The notes under the pieces are model-generated. The model had not been told where the DNA came from, searched no databases, and was given only the letters and a program-made list of their open reading frames with translations. Shown here in pieces: positions 48,072 to 57,151 of a stretch of 60,347 nucleotides of DNA. The position numbers and the translations under genes are program-made. This DNA comes from Methanomassiliicoccales archaeon (GTDB taxonomy: Archaea > Thermoplasmatota > Thermoplasmata > Methanomassiliicoccales > UBA472), in assembly GCA_016926075.1 (NCBI GenBank), contig JAFGPG010000057.1:1-60347 (forward strand). The letters run 5' to 3'. Numbering within the stretch: position 1 is the stretch's first letter; the number at the start of each line of letters is the position of its first letter.

Positions 48072-49442
48072 ATGTTCCTCAAACGGTTCAGGTCGGAGGG
48101 GCTCGCTCACATATCTTATTACGTGGAGTCCGAAGGAACGGCAGCGGTCATCGATCCCCGTCGGGACGTGGACGAGTATCTGGAAATGGCCTGCTCCAGG
48201 GGTGCCAGGGTAGTACTGGCGCTGGAGACACACCGTAACGAGGACTATGTCTCGGGAGCCCTGGAACTGGCCAACGCCACCGGTGCGGCCATCCATCACG
48301 GCGGACAGCTGGAGTTCGGCTACGGCCACCCCCTGCGGGATGCCCAGACCCTTTCATTGGGCGAGCTGACCATCACCGCCCTGCACACGCCAGGTCACAC
48401 CTACGAGAGCTTCAGTTATCTTCTATCGGATCGGCGCGGCCCCTTTCTGCTCTTCTCCGGTGACACCCTTTTCTCCGGGGATATCGGACGCACCGACCTC
48501 ACCGGTCCGGAGCACACTGCTAAGCTGGCGGGGATGCTCTACGACAGCCTGCACCAACGCATCCTTCCATTAGGGAAGGAGATCATGGTGCTTCCCGCGC
48601 ACGGGGCGGGCTCGATGTGCGGGCATGCCATCAGCAAGCGGGAGACCACCACCATCGGTCTGGAGATGAGGGACAACCCCGCTCTTTCCCTCTCCCGGGA
48701 CGACCTCATCAGAACCAAGATGACCGAGGGGATGGAGAAGCCGGCCTACTTCGAGAGAATGGAGCACCTCAACCTGCGCGGGCCGCCGGTGCTCGGCGAG
48801 CTCCCTCGACCGCCTCCCCTCACCCCAGGACAATTAATGAAGGAGAAGGAGAGGGGGGCTCTGGTGCTGGACCTGAGGGAGCCGCACAGCTATGCCGCGG
48901 CCCACATCCCGGGCTCGTTGAACGTCTGGTCGAGCGGACTGCCTGTCTTCGGCGGTTACGTCATACCCTATGGTGTACCGTTGGTCCTGATGGGAGGATG
49001 CCCTGGAGAGGTGCAGACCGCGGTCAGGTACCTTGTTCGCCTTGGATACGATAGTATAGTCGGGGAACTGAGGAACGGAATCGAGGACTGGATAATGGGA
49101 GGACAGGTCATCTCCTTCCTCCCAGCCTCCTCGGTGCAGGAGATAAGGACCAGACAGCTGGCCGGAGAGAACATGCTGCTGGTGGACGTAAGGGACCACA
49201 GGGAACTGGAGGAGGGCCAGATACCAGGGGCCAAGCACGTGCACCTGGGAAAGATGCTCGAGCGCGCCTCCGAACTGCCCAGGGACCGGGAGCTGGTGCT
49301 CTTCTGCGGCTCCGGTCCCCGTGGAGGGACCGCCGCCAGCCTGCTCAGCAACCAAGGGATCGGGAACGTACGGATCATGCTGGGCGGTTTCATGGCCTGG
49401 TCCAAGAACGGATATCCAGTTCAAGAGCTCAAGAACGGATGA
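48072..49442 (+). CDS. MBL-fold hydrolase fused to two rhodanese domains
   Basis: ETHRNEDYVSG, TPGHT, SGDTLF, PAHGAGSMCG; DLRE...HIPGS; DVRD...FCGSGPRG. Confidence 0.9.
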   Translation: MFLKRFRSEGLAHISYYVESEGTAAVIDPRRDVDEYLEMACSRGARVVLALETHRNEDYVSGALELANATGAAIHHGGQLEFGYGHPLRDAQTLSLGELTITALHTPGHTYESFSYLLSDRRGPFLLFSGDTLFSGDIGRTDLTGPEHTAKLAGMLYDSLHQRILPLGKEIMVLPAHGAGSMCGHAISKRETTTIGLEMRDNPALSLSRDDLIRTKMTEGMEKPAYFERMEHLNLRGPPVLGELPRPPPLTPGQLMKEKERGALVLDLREPHSYAAAHIPGSLNVWSSGLPVFGGYVIPYGVPLVLMGGCPGEVQTAVRYLVRLGYDSIVGELRNGIEDWIMGGQVISFLPASSVQEIRTRQLAGENMLLVDVRDHRELEEGQIPGAKHVHLGKMLERASELPRDRELVLFCGSGPRGGTAASLLSNQGIGNVRIMLGGFMAWSKNGYPVQELKNG

Positions 49443-49812
49443 ACTTCAGATAAAGGATGCCATCAAGGCGGTACATCTGGTTGAGGAGCCGGTTGATCTC
49501 CGAAGCCTCTCCGCTGAGCACCATGATGTTCATGCACCTGTGGTCCCCCAGATGGTTGTGCACATGCGTTCTGATGAGCAGATGGTTCTCATGGTAGATG
49601 TCATGAATGAGCCCCAGGGCGCAGACGTCGTTAACCATGATGAGGACGCCGTCCACCTTTCCTACCATGGGTCTACGCTCGCTGCTCTCGGCCATCAATG
49701 TGCGCATGGCCGCCCGCACCGCCTCCGATCGACCGGTGAAACCCAGTTCCTTCTGCAACAGTTCAAGGTCCTCAATGTTCTTGTCGGTCAATGAAACACT
49801 GATGATAGGCAT
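49429..49812 (-). CDS. NikR-like CopG/RHH metal-responsive regulator
   Basis: IISVSL...GRSEAVRAAMR RHH domain; YH...HVHNH...C metal ligands. Confidence 0.85.
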   Translation of the reverse strand: MPIISVSLTDKNIEDLELLQKELGFTGRSEAVRAAMRTLMAESSERRPMVGKVDGVLIMVNDVCALGLIHDIYHENHLLIRTHVHNHLGDHRCMNIMVLSGEASEINRLLNQMYRLDGILYLKFIRS

Positions 49813-50031
49813 TCTGAAGGGAAATGTTATTAATCGTTAATTAAAATTGCCATCCCGATCCATGAACGGCTCGAAACCATATTGATAATCTATATTCAAA
49901 TATCCAGTCCTTAGTACTGAACAGTAAGATCATGAATAACAAACCTAGGGACTCACCCTTCCCGTTCTGGTATTTTAATAATAAATTGGGAAAATGATAT
50001 TAACTAACATGGTATAAAGAGGTCCCGGTAC

Positions 50032-50973
50032 ATGAATCGTAAACAGCTCTTACTAGTAACGGGGACCTCGATCATCATAGTCCTGCTGATCGTCGCCTCC
50101 GCACTGTGGGGGACCTCGTCCGATGAGGACGAGCGCACACTGGTGGTGGCCACCTTCTATCCCCTGGCCTATATGGCCAAGAGCATTGGGGGAGAGCGGG
50201 TGGCGGTCTCTTCCCTGGTCCCCTATAACTCGGAGCTGCATTCCTGGTCACCCACCCCACAGGACATCATACAGGCCGATAGGGCCGATGTCATCCTATA
50301 CAACGGCGGCCCGGCCGACTCCTGGCTGTTAACGGACATCCTTCCGGTCATCAGCACCCAGGATAAATTGGTGACCAACACCACAGAAGGGGTGGGGTTC
50401 ATACAGGGCGGGGGGCATGAAGGACATGATGGCAATGAGCATGGGGGCGTGGACCCCCATACCTGGCTCAGCCCCATTGAGGCCCGGATACAGGCGCACA
50501 ACGTGCTGCTGGCGCTCATAGAGGCGGACCCGGAGGGGCAGAACTACTTCCAGGAGAGGTTCGATTCATTGAACCAGACGCTGACAGGACTGCATGAGCA
50601 ATACCTTATGCTCGAAGAGGCAGGTGTGAGCGGGATCATCGTCTCCCACGCCGCCTTCGGATATGTGGCGAAGGAATACGGCTTCGTTCAGTATGGGGTC
50701 ATAGGATTGAGCGCGGACCAGGAACCGTCCCTGGCCACCATCATCGAGCTGGTGTCGGTGATGGAGAACGAGAGCATCTACGCGGTCTACGTGGACCCAG
50801 TGTACAAACAGGATTACGCCTCGATGCTCAAGGCCGAACTGGAATCCAGGACCGGTCACGCTGTACAAGTGCTGGACCTATTCCTGATGCTCGGACCCTA
50901 CGAGGGGGCGGATTATCTCGAGCAGATGTCCATGAACCTGGTCGATCTGAAGATAGGGTTGGGGGTGACATAG
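50032..50973 (+). CDS. znuA: Metal ABC transporter substrate-binding protein (ZnuA/cluster A-I)
   Basis: VVATFYPL, ELHSWSP, His-rich loop, DPHTWLSP, HAAFGY. Confidence 0.88.
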   Translation: MNRKQLLLVTGTSIIIVLLIVASALWGTSSDEDERTLVVATFYPLAYMAKSIGGERVAVSSLVPYNSELHSWSPTPQDIIQADRADVILYNGGPADSWLLTDILPVISTQDKLVTNTTEGVGFIQGGGHEGHDGNEHGGVDPHTWLSPIEARIQAHNVLLALIEADPEGQNYFQERFDSLNQTLTGLHEQYLMLEEAGVSGIIVSHAAFGYVAKEYGFVQYGVIGLSADQEPSLATIIELVSVMENESIYAVYVDPVYKQDYASMLKAELESRTGHAVQVLDLFLMLGPYEGADYLEQMSMNLVDLKIGLGVT

Positions 50974-50975
50974 GA

Positions 50976-51761
50976 ATGCCCATGGAACCGATAATCGAAG
51001 TGCAGGAACTGGTGGTGAAAAGAGGCCCCTCCGAGGTGATATCAGAGGCATCCTTCGTCATCGAGAGAGGCGATTATGTGGGCATTATGGGGCCCAACGG
51101 TGGTGGCAAGACCACCCTGGTCCTAGCCCTGCTGGGCATGTTGCCCAAGGAGAAAGGTTCGATAAGGATCATGGGAGAGGATATCGAATCCTTCGACCAA
51201 TGGGACAAGGTCGGCTATGTGTCACAGTACGCCATCAACTTCGATTCGCACTTTCCGCTGACGGTCCGGGAACTGGTCGGGTTGGGCAGGGTCAACCGCA
51301 AGAACCTGGGACGCTTCAGGAAAAAGGAGGACTGGAAGGCGGTGGACGAGGCGTTGGAGGCCATGAACATCACCAACCTTGCCAGGAAGCGCATCGGCCA
51401 GCTCTCCGGAGGACAACGCCAAAGGGCCTTCGTGGCCAAATCACTGGTCAGCAAGCCGGAGCTCCTTATGCTGGATGAACCGGTGACCGATCTCGACCCA
51501 GTGTCCCGAGAGAGATTCTTTAAAAGGCTCAGCAATCTGAATCAGATGAAGGGGCTGACCATCCTCATCGTCTCCCACGACCTGACCGCGATCTTCTGTC
51601 GGATGTCCAGGGTGCTCTGTGTGAACAAGCAGGTGCACTCCGCGGCCATAACGGAGGAGACGGTGCCTGACGACATCCTGAGGAAAGGGTACGGAGATCA
51701 CTTCCACTTCGTCTTCCATCGGGAACTATGCAAGGGGGTGTTCGTGGATGAGCAGTCTTAG
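50976..51761 (+). CDS. znuC: Metal ABC transporter ATPase
   Basis: GPNGGGKTT, LSGGQRQR, LDEP, VSHD. Confidence 0.88.
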   Translation: MPMEPIIEVQELVVKRGPSEVISEASFVIERGDYVGIMGPNGGGKTTLVLALLGMLPKEKGSIRIMGEDIESFDQWDKVGYVSQYAINFDSHFPLTVRELVGLGRVNRKNLGRFRKKEDWKAVDEALEAMNITNLARKRIGQLSGGQRQRAFVAKSLVSKPELLMLDEPVTDLDPVSRERFFKRLSNLNQMKGLTILIVSHDLTAIFCRMSRVLCVNKQVHSAAITEETVPDDILRKGYGDHFHFVFHRELCKGVFVDEQS

Positions 51762-52572
51762 CCTTTTCGACATCCCTTCCCTCTTCCAATATCAGTTCTT
51801 CGTACTGGCATTGATAGGCGGGACCTTGGCGGCCATCGTCTCCTCTTGGATCGGACTGTTCCTTATACTGAGGAAGGAATCGATGCTTGTGGACGGGGTT
51901 GCCCACACCGCCTTCGGGGGCGTGGCGTTGGGCCTGTTCATAGGCATCGATCCCATACTCGGCGCCCTGGTCGTATCCGCGGTCTCCGTCTATGGCATCA
52001 CCTATATGAGAAGGAAGGGACTGGCGCAATCGGACTCGGCCATCGCGGTCATGCTGGCCATCGGCTTCTCCCTGGGCATCATCATCATATCCATGGCCAA
52101 CGGCTTCAACGTGGAGCTGTTAAGCTATCTGTTCGGCTCCATCCTGACCATGAGCTACAACGATGTGATCGTGCTCTCAGTGCTGACCTTGGGGGCCATC
52201 GGCTTTCTGGTGTTCTTCTACAAGGAGATGCTGGCGTTGACCTTCGACGAGGATGGGGCGCACATGCAAGGCATCCCGGTACAGGGCATGACCATGGCGT
52301 TCAATCTCCTCGTGGCGGTGACCATAGCCCTATCCATCAAGGTCATCGGCATCATCCTGGTGGTGGCCCTGATGGTGCTTCCCGGTCTGACCGCCCTGCA
52401 GCTCCATCGATCCTTCAAGAGCACCTTGGTCGCATCCTCCCTCTTCGGCATATTCGCGACCATCATGGGCATAATCCTCTCTGCCCTCTTCAACGTGGCC
52501 ACCAGCGGGGTCATCGTCTTCACCGCCGCCGGGGTCTTCCTCTTCGTGGCCGCATACCAACGTCTGGCCTGA
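51748..52572 (+). CDS. znuB: Metal ABC transporter permease
   Basis: DGVAHTAFGG, YLFGSIL, IKVIGIILV. Confidence 0.88.
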   Translation: MSSLSLFDIPSLFQYQFFVLALIGGTLAAIVSSWIGLFLILRKESMLVDGVAHTAFGGVALGLFIGIDPILGALVVSAVSVYGITYMRRKGLAQSDSAIAVMLAIGFSLGIIIISMANGFNVELLSYLFGSILTMSYNDVIVLSVLTLGAIGFLVFFYKEMLALTFDEDGAHMQGIPVQGMTMAFNLLVAVTIALSIKVIGIILVVALMVLPGLTALQLHRSFKSTLVASSLFGIFATIMGIILSALFNVATSGVIVFTAAGVFLFVAAYQRLA

Positions 52573-52733
52573 GGCCATTGTGTCCTCGTCATCGCTATAT
52601 CTAAATAGGGACATCGTTTTAAATATAGCCCCAATAATGCAATATTTTTTACTTAAATACATAATTAATGAAAACGTTTTCTATTTTGGTACTTAGTTTA
52701 GCATGTTAATGTAACTTTTTTGCTCAGGCCATG

Positions 52734-52763
52734 AACAACCATTATATATTGTCAATCGTTGTT
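52734..52763. promoter_or_regulatory. Inverted repeat straddling a TATA-like box upstream of the MtaA-family gene
   Basis: AACAACCATT-N10-AATCGTTGTT (1 mismatch) overlapping TTATATAT. Confidence 0.5.
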
Positions 52764-52781
52764 AGGGGTAAGGGGATTTCT

Positions 52782-53903
52782 ATGGGCTATGAAGAAATGT
52801 TTCCACCGATAGACAAAAAGTGGCACAGTAATGCCAACAAACGTTTTGCTAGCTCCTTCGTGGATAAGCAACACGATCGCATCGACGTGGACTCGATCAT
52901 CCTGTCCAACGCTTGCGTCGTGTGCGGATACACCATAAGGGACTTCTATACGAAGCCTGACTTGGGCATAGCATGCGTCGCCTGGGCATCCGAAATGTAC
53001 GACCTGCTACCAGTTACACACTGGTTCTTCTCGTTGCCATGGATCAACGAGCTCGGATCGACCATGCAGTACAAGGAGACCCTGCCGCCGATTTCCACCG
53101 GCCCGGTCATCTCTGAGCCGGAAGAGGTCGACACGAAGATCAATGTGCCCGACAAGGAGACGATAAAGAACGGCTGGTCGACGAAGCAGTTCATGACCGC
53201 TTACGACTACGTGGCGAAGAACCTGCCCGAGACCCTGGTGCCGATCTCCTACGGTTTCGACCTGGTGGGAGCCGCTGCCGACCTCGTGGGCGTGGAGAAC
53301 TTCATCATGTGGACGTTCACCGAGCCGGAAGCCGCCCACAAGCTGGTCAGGAAGTACGTGGACACCTCCATCCTCGGAGCGGAGGTCATGGCGGACAAGT
53401 TCGGCTCGGCGATGCTGACCGTCGGGTCCGTGCTGGCAAACAACGATATCTTCGACGATAACGCCGTGGAAGAGTACTCCGTGAAGAGCATGTACTACTA
53501 CGTGAGCAACTGCTTCAAGCGCGGCGCCGGTCCCCAGGTGTTCTACCACCTGTGCGGTAACCACCAGACCGACTACACGCGCTTCAAGGAGAACCTGTTG
53601 TGGTCTCCCTTCACCGTCATGCACATCGGTTACTCCGGAAGGAACGCCTTCCCGGCCGCAGTGCTGAAGGAGACCTTCCAGGACAAGGCGACCGTCATGG
53701 TCTCCGTCGACACCAAGCTGTTGATCGACCCGGACCCCAGCAAGGTCTACAACAACAGCAGGGATCAGTTGCTGGCCGGCCGTGACGCGAAGAAGGGGTG
53801 CATACTGGGTACTTGCTGTGAGTGTCCGATGTACACCATACCTGGACAGATGCGGGCCTTGGTCAAAGCGGCCAGGGACTTCGGTACCTACGGGACATGG
53901 TGA
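52782..53903 (+). CDS. MtaA/MtbA-family methylcobamide methyltransferase (UroD fold)
   Basis: DLVGAAADLVGVENFIMW, FYHLCG (HxC Zn motif), C-terminal GTCCECP. Confidence 0.82.
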   Translation: MGYEEMFPPIDKKWHSNANKRFASSFVDKQHDRIDVDSIILSNACVVCGYTIRDFYTKPDLGIACVAWASEMYDLLPVTHWFFSLPWINELGSTMQYKETLPPISTGPVISEPEEVDTKINVPDKETIKNGWSTKQFMTAYDYVAKNLPETLVPISYGFDLVGAAADLVGVENFIMWTFTEPEAAHKLVRKYVDTSILGAEVMADKFGSAMLTVGSVLANNDIFDDNAVEEYSVKSMYYYVSNCFKRGAGPQVFYHLCGNHQTDYTRFKENLLWSPFTVMHIGYSGRNAFPAAVLKETFQDKATVMVSVDTKLLIDPDPSKVYNNSRDQLLAGRDAKKGCILGTCCECPMYTIPGQMRALVKAARDFGTYGTW

Positions 53904-53907
53904 GGTG

Positions 53908-54360
53908 ATGAAGATGCAAGTAACTATACCGGGCGATGTCAAGGAGCTTGTCGCGAAGAGGGGTCTGAAGGAGTCCGATATCGTAGATGTCGTGAACACC
54001 GCGGAGAAGGAGAAGAAATACCTCAAGAAGGGTAACGATGCCCTGGCCAAGAAGAGGATCGGCGACATCATGGTCTACGTGATGTGCGACCTGTCCGGCA
54101 AGGGTACCGCCGTTGTCAAGACGGCTTATTCCCACAAGATGAACCTGGGCAAGGTCGTCAACCTCATGTCCGAGTCGGAATGGAAGACCGCTGATGGTAA
54201 ACCCGTCTCCGATGGCCATATCGAGGTCGAGTACATGACCGTGAGGAGGAACGCTCCCGCACTGGTCGTACCCGAAACTGGCGATGCCTTTTTGGAGGAG
54301 TACCTTGCGGTCAAGACCATAGCTGCCGCGGAAGGCCTTTTCGAGAAGAAGCGCGCATAA
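53908..54360 (+). CDS. Hypothetical protein, DVU_1557-like C-terminal domain lacking cysteines
   Basis: DIVDVVNTAE...LAKKRIG...AYSHKM N-domain; EWKTADG...VEYM...VVPETG..FLEEYLA...EGLFEKK C-domain. Confidence 0.7.
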   Translation: MKMQVTIPGDVKELVAKRGLKESDIVDVVNTAEKEKKYLKKGNDALAKKRIGDIMVYVMCDLSGKGTAVVKTAYSHKMNLGKVVNLMSESEWKTADGKPVSDGHIEVEYMTVRRNAPALVVPETGDAFLEEYLAVKTIAAAEGLFEKKRA

Positions 54361-54369
54361 ACCGATTTC

Positions 54370-54403
54370 AGGCCGCTAAACGCGGCCTTTTCTACTTATT
54401 TTT
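54370..54403 (+). terminator. Hairpin plus T-rich terminator
   Basis: AGGCCGC-TAAAC-GCGGCCT then TTTCTACTTATTTTT. Confidence 0.65.
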
Positions 54404-54506
54404 CATTAAGTAACATGGTACTCGCCCTCCCTACCAGGAGACTATTCGACAGGTCATATTGGCAAAACTACAATAGTTAAGTGCACCATTCACATGAAAC
54501 TCACTG

Positions 54507-55883
54507 GTGAAAAAGATGAACAAGGTCATTGGTCATACCAACAGTCTCTGCCCCAAATGCCTGAGGACCATCCCGGCGACCAAGATCGCCGAGGACGATA
54601 AGGTCTACCTCATCAAGGAATGCCCGGAGCACGGCACTGAGAAGGTGCTTATCTGGAAGGGTGTGGAGGACTACCTGGACATGAAACGTTACGCCTCCGT
54701 TCCCGTTCGGCCGGCCAAGGTGGCGGTGAAGGAAACGGGCAACTGTCCAAATATTTGTGGGCTCTGCCCCGATCACATTCAGAACACCTGCCTGGTGGTC
54801 ATGGAGATCACCAACGGCTGCAACCTGAAATGCCCGCTGTGCTTCGCCAGTGCCAACGAGAGATACAGGTTCAATCCCTCTCTAGAGGTCATCAGGGGAA
54901 TGTACCAGACCATCCTGGATTACGTGGAGCACCCCATATGCGTACAGATAAGCGGTGGGGAGCCCACCATACGGGACGACCTTCCGGACATCATACGCAT
55001 GGGAAAGGAGATGGGCATCGACCACATCGAGCTGAACACCAACGGCGTCCGATTGGCCGATGACATCGAGTTCCTCAAGAATGTCAAGAAGGCGGGTGTG
55101 GACACCCTCTATTTCTCCTTCGACGGGTTGCAGGGGGAGATCTACAAGCAGACCTGCGGACGTGACCTCCTGGACAAGAAGCTCAAGTGCATCGAGAACT
55201 GCGAGAAGGTGGGGATGGGCATCACGTTGGTGTGCGTGGTGTCCCCGAACATCAATCTGGACAGGGTGGGCGAGATCATCGATTTCGCCAAGTCCAAGGT
55301 GCCCACGGTCAAGGGCGTCCATTTCCAACCTCTCGCCTACTTCGGCCGCTTCCCCATCACCCCCAAGGACTCCGACCGGGTCACCATACCCGATCTGTTG
55401 AGGGAAATAGAGGAGCAGACCAAGGGGGAGCTCCGGGTGGACAACTTCATACCCACCTCCTGCGCCAACATCCACTGCGATGCCAAGTCCATGTCGGTGG
55501 TCATGGAGGACGGCTCCCTGTTCCCCCTGACCAGCCGGGCGCTTGGTCCCCCCAAGGACACCTCGACCATCGCCAACAAGACCCGAAAGGAGATCGCCGA
55601 CCTCTGGCGGTTCGTGGAGGATTCTCTGATCATCGACGAGGAGGATGACAAGTCCAACGAATGGGGGGACTTCGTAGACAGGGCGAAGACCAACTATCTC
55701 ACGGTGAGCACCATGGCCTTCCAGGACGCCTGGACCTCGGAGACCGAGCGTTTCGCCAACTGCTGCATACACACCGTCACGCCCGATGGTAAGCTGATCC
55801 CCTTCTGCCTCTTCAACATCAACTCGCAGGACGGGAAGACGCTGTACCGGCACGAGATGTGGGCCAAGTTCAGCGAGAAGTGA
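54507..55883 (+). CDS. TrsS/Tes-like radical SAM enzyme
   Basis: SLCPKC...KECPEHG, CPNICGLCPDH, CNLKCPLC, SGGEPT, GVHFQP..YFGR, MAFQDAW...CCIH...DGKLIPFC. Confidence 0.88.
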   Translation: MKKMNKVIGHTNSLCPKCLRTIPATKIAEDDKVYLIKECPEHGTEKVLIWKGVEDYLDMKRYASVPVRPAKVAVKETGNCPNICGLCPDHIQNTCLVVMEITNGCNLKCPLCFASANERYRFNPSLEVIRGMYQTILDYVEHPICVQISGGEPTIRDDLPDIIRMGKEMGIDHIELNTNGVRLADDIEFLKNVKKAGVDTLYFSFDGLQGEIYKQTCGRDLLDKKLKCIENCEKVGMGITLVCVVSPNINLDRVGEIIDFAKSKVPTVKGVHFQPLAYFGRFPITPKDSDRVTIPDLLREIEEQTKGELRVDNFIPTSCANIHCDAKSMSVVMEDGSLFPLTSRALGPPKDTSTIANKTRKEIADLWRFVEDSLIIDEEDDKSNEWGDFVDRAKTNYLTVSTMAFQDAWTSETERFANCCIHTVTPDGKLIPFCLFNINSQDGKTLYRHEMWAKFSEK

Positions 55884-55928
55884 TGGGGGCCATCATGATA
55901 ATATAATAAGAGGACAGGAAGCAGGAAC

Positions 55929-56234
55929 TCATCTGGAGTTCCGCTTTCCCACCGATTTGTAGTAATTGGCCAGTATGTTGTTCATGTAGCCAGCCAGGTA
56001 CTTCTCCCCATACTTGTTCTTGGTTATGACCTGCTGAATGGGGAACTCGACGTCACAGAAAGGGCAGCGGACGAACCGGCAGTTGGTGTTAGCGTAACGA
56101 CAGCCGCGGCAGGCGATGGCCCTCGACTGCATGAGGCTGAACTCCTTTCCACAATTGGGACAGTTGAATCTCCTGGTAGTGTTCATCAGTTCAGGTGTTA
56201 CCCCAGCCCTGCGCATTTCGGGTGTCAGCGGCAT
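55929..56234 (-). CDS. Small Cys-rich metal-binding protein
   Basis: CPNC, CRGC, C, CPFC in 101 aa. Confidence 0.78.
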   Translation of the reverse strand: MPLTPEMRRAGVTPELMNTTRRFNCPNCGKEFSLMQSRAIACRGCRYANTNCRFVRCPFCDVEFPIQQVITKNKYGEKYLAGYMNNILANYYKSVGKRNSR

Positions 56235-56314
56235 TTCAATCCTCGTCCAGCATAACTACGCTAGTGGTATATTGTTTTTCCCCCGTTTACGTTTCTATAA
56301 GTCCTTATCGCCCG

Positions 56315-57085
56315 TCAAAGCTCTTTGGCCTGAGGCTCCATATGCGGAGGGAAGATCACCGGCCAGTTCAGGAAAGGACGGAAGGGGTGGGTGCTGAATT
56401 TGTCCGTGGCCTTCATCCCCTCGATCAGATGGTCGAAGATGCGGGGTGAGAAGACCATGACCAGATGGTCATCGGGCACTAATCCCCAGGTGCGGTCCCC
56501 GACACAGGGGATGTCCAGAACGATATCCTCCCCAGCGATGACCTTGGCGATGGCCGAGCATACGGAGGACTGTCCGCCCACCACGGCCTTGAGCACCTTT
56601 CCTTCCGCATACTCATATCCCAGCAGGACCTTGAGCGACTGTCCAGGTGTGAGATAGGCCACGATGGCGTCCGGTTCCACAGGCATCAGGTCCAGGGGGG
56701 CGGTGAGCATGGCCCCGTAGCGCTGACCCTGGTTGCCCAGCATGAAGATGTTGTCCTGCAGGGCCTTTGCCGCCTGGTCGTCCTTGGTGAAGGGGCGGTT
56801 CAGCTCACCCCTGGCAAGACGTTCAGGGGTGTCGATCAACCCCAGGCAGGCCAGGCCCCACAGGCACTTCATGCCATGGGAGGTGGAGACGGTGATCCCA
56901 TCGTCCCGGTAATGTCGGCCCAGGGCCAGCATGTGGCAGGGGGCGGTGGAGCGCAGGTGCCGGGCGTCCTTGACCTCCAAGGCCTCCGAGGCCCTCTCGT
57001 ACAGCTTCACTCCGACGGGATAGCTCCCCATGTTCAACAAGGCCCGGAAATCCCTGGCCTGAGCTGCCCTTCGCACATCTGGCAT
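56315..57085 (-). CDS. DUF169 family protein
   Basis: YPVGVKL, PCHML, CLWGLACLG, EPDAIV, QSSVC, PCVGDR. Confidence 0.85.
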   Translation of the reverse strand: MPDVRRAAQARDFRALLNMGSYPVGVKLYERASEALEVKDARHLRSTAPCHMLALGRHYRDDGITVSTSHGMKCLWGLACLGLIDTPERLARGELNRPFTKDDQAAKALQDNIFMLGNQGQRYGAMLTAPLDLMPVEPDAIVAYLTPGQSLKVLLGYEYAEGKVLKAVVGGQSSVCSAIAKVIAGEDIVLDIPCVGDRTWGLVPDDHLVMVFSPRIFDHLIEGMKATDKFSTHPFRPFLNWPVIFPPHMEPQAKEL

Positions 57086-57151
57086 GCCATGGTCATGTAT
57101 TTGGTGATTTAATAGTTCTGCGGTTTGAAACAGTTATATGCTAGCGAGGAC

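Noticed and set aside
54507..55883. Selenocysteine in the TrsS-like enzyme
   Set aside because: No in-frame TGA; all motif positions are Cys
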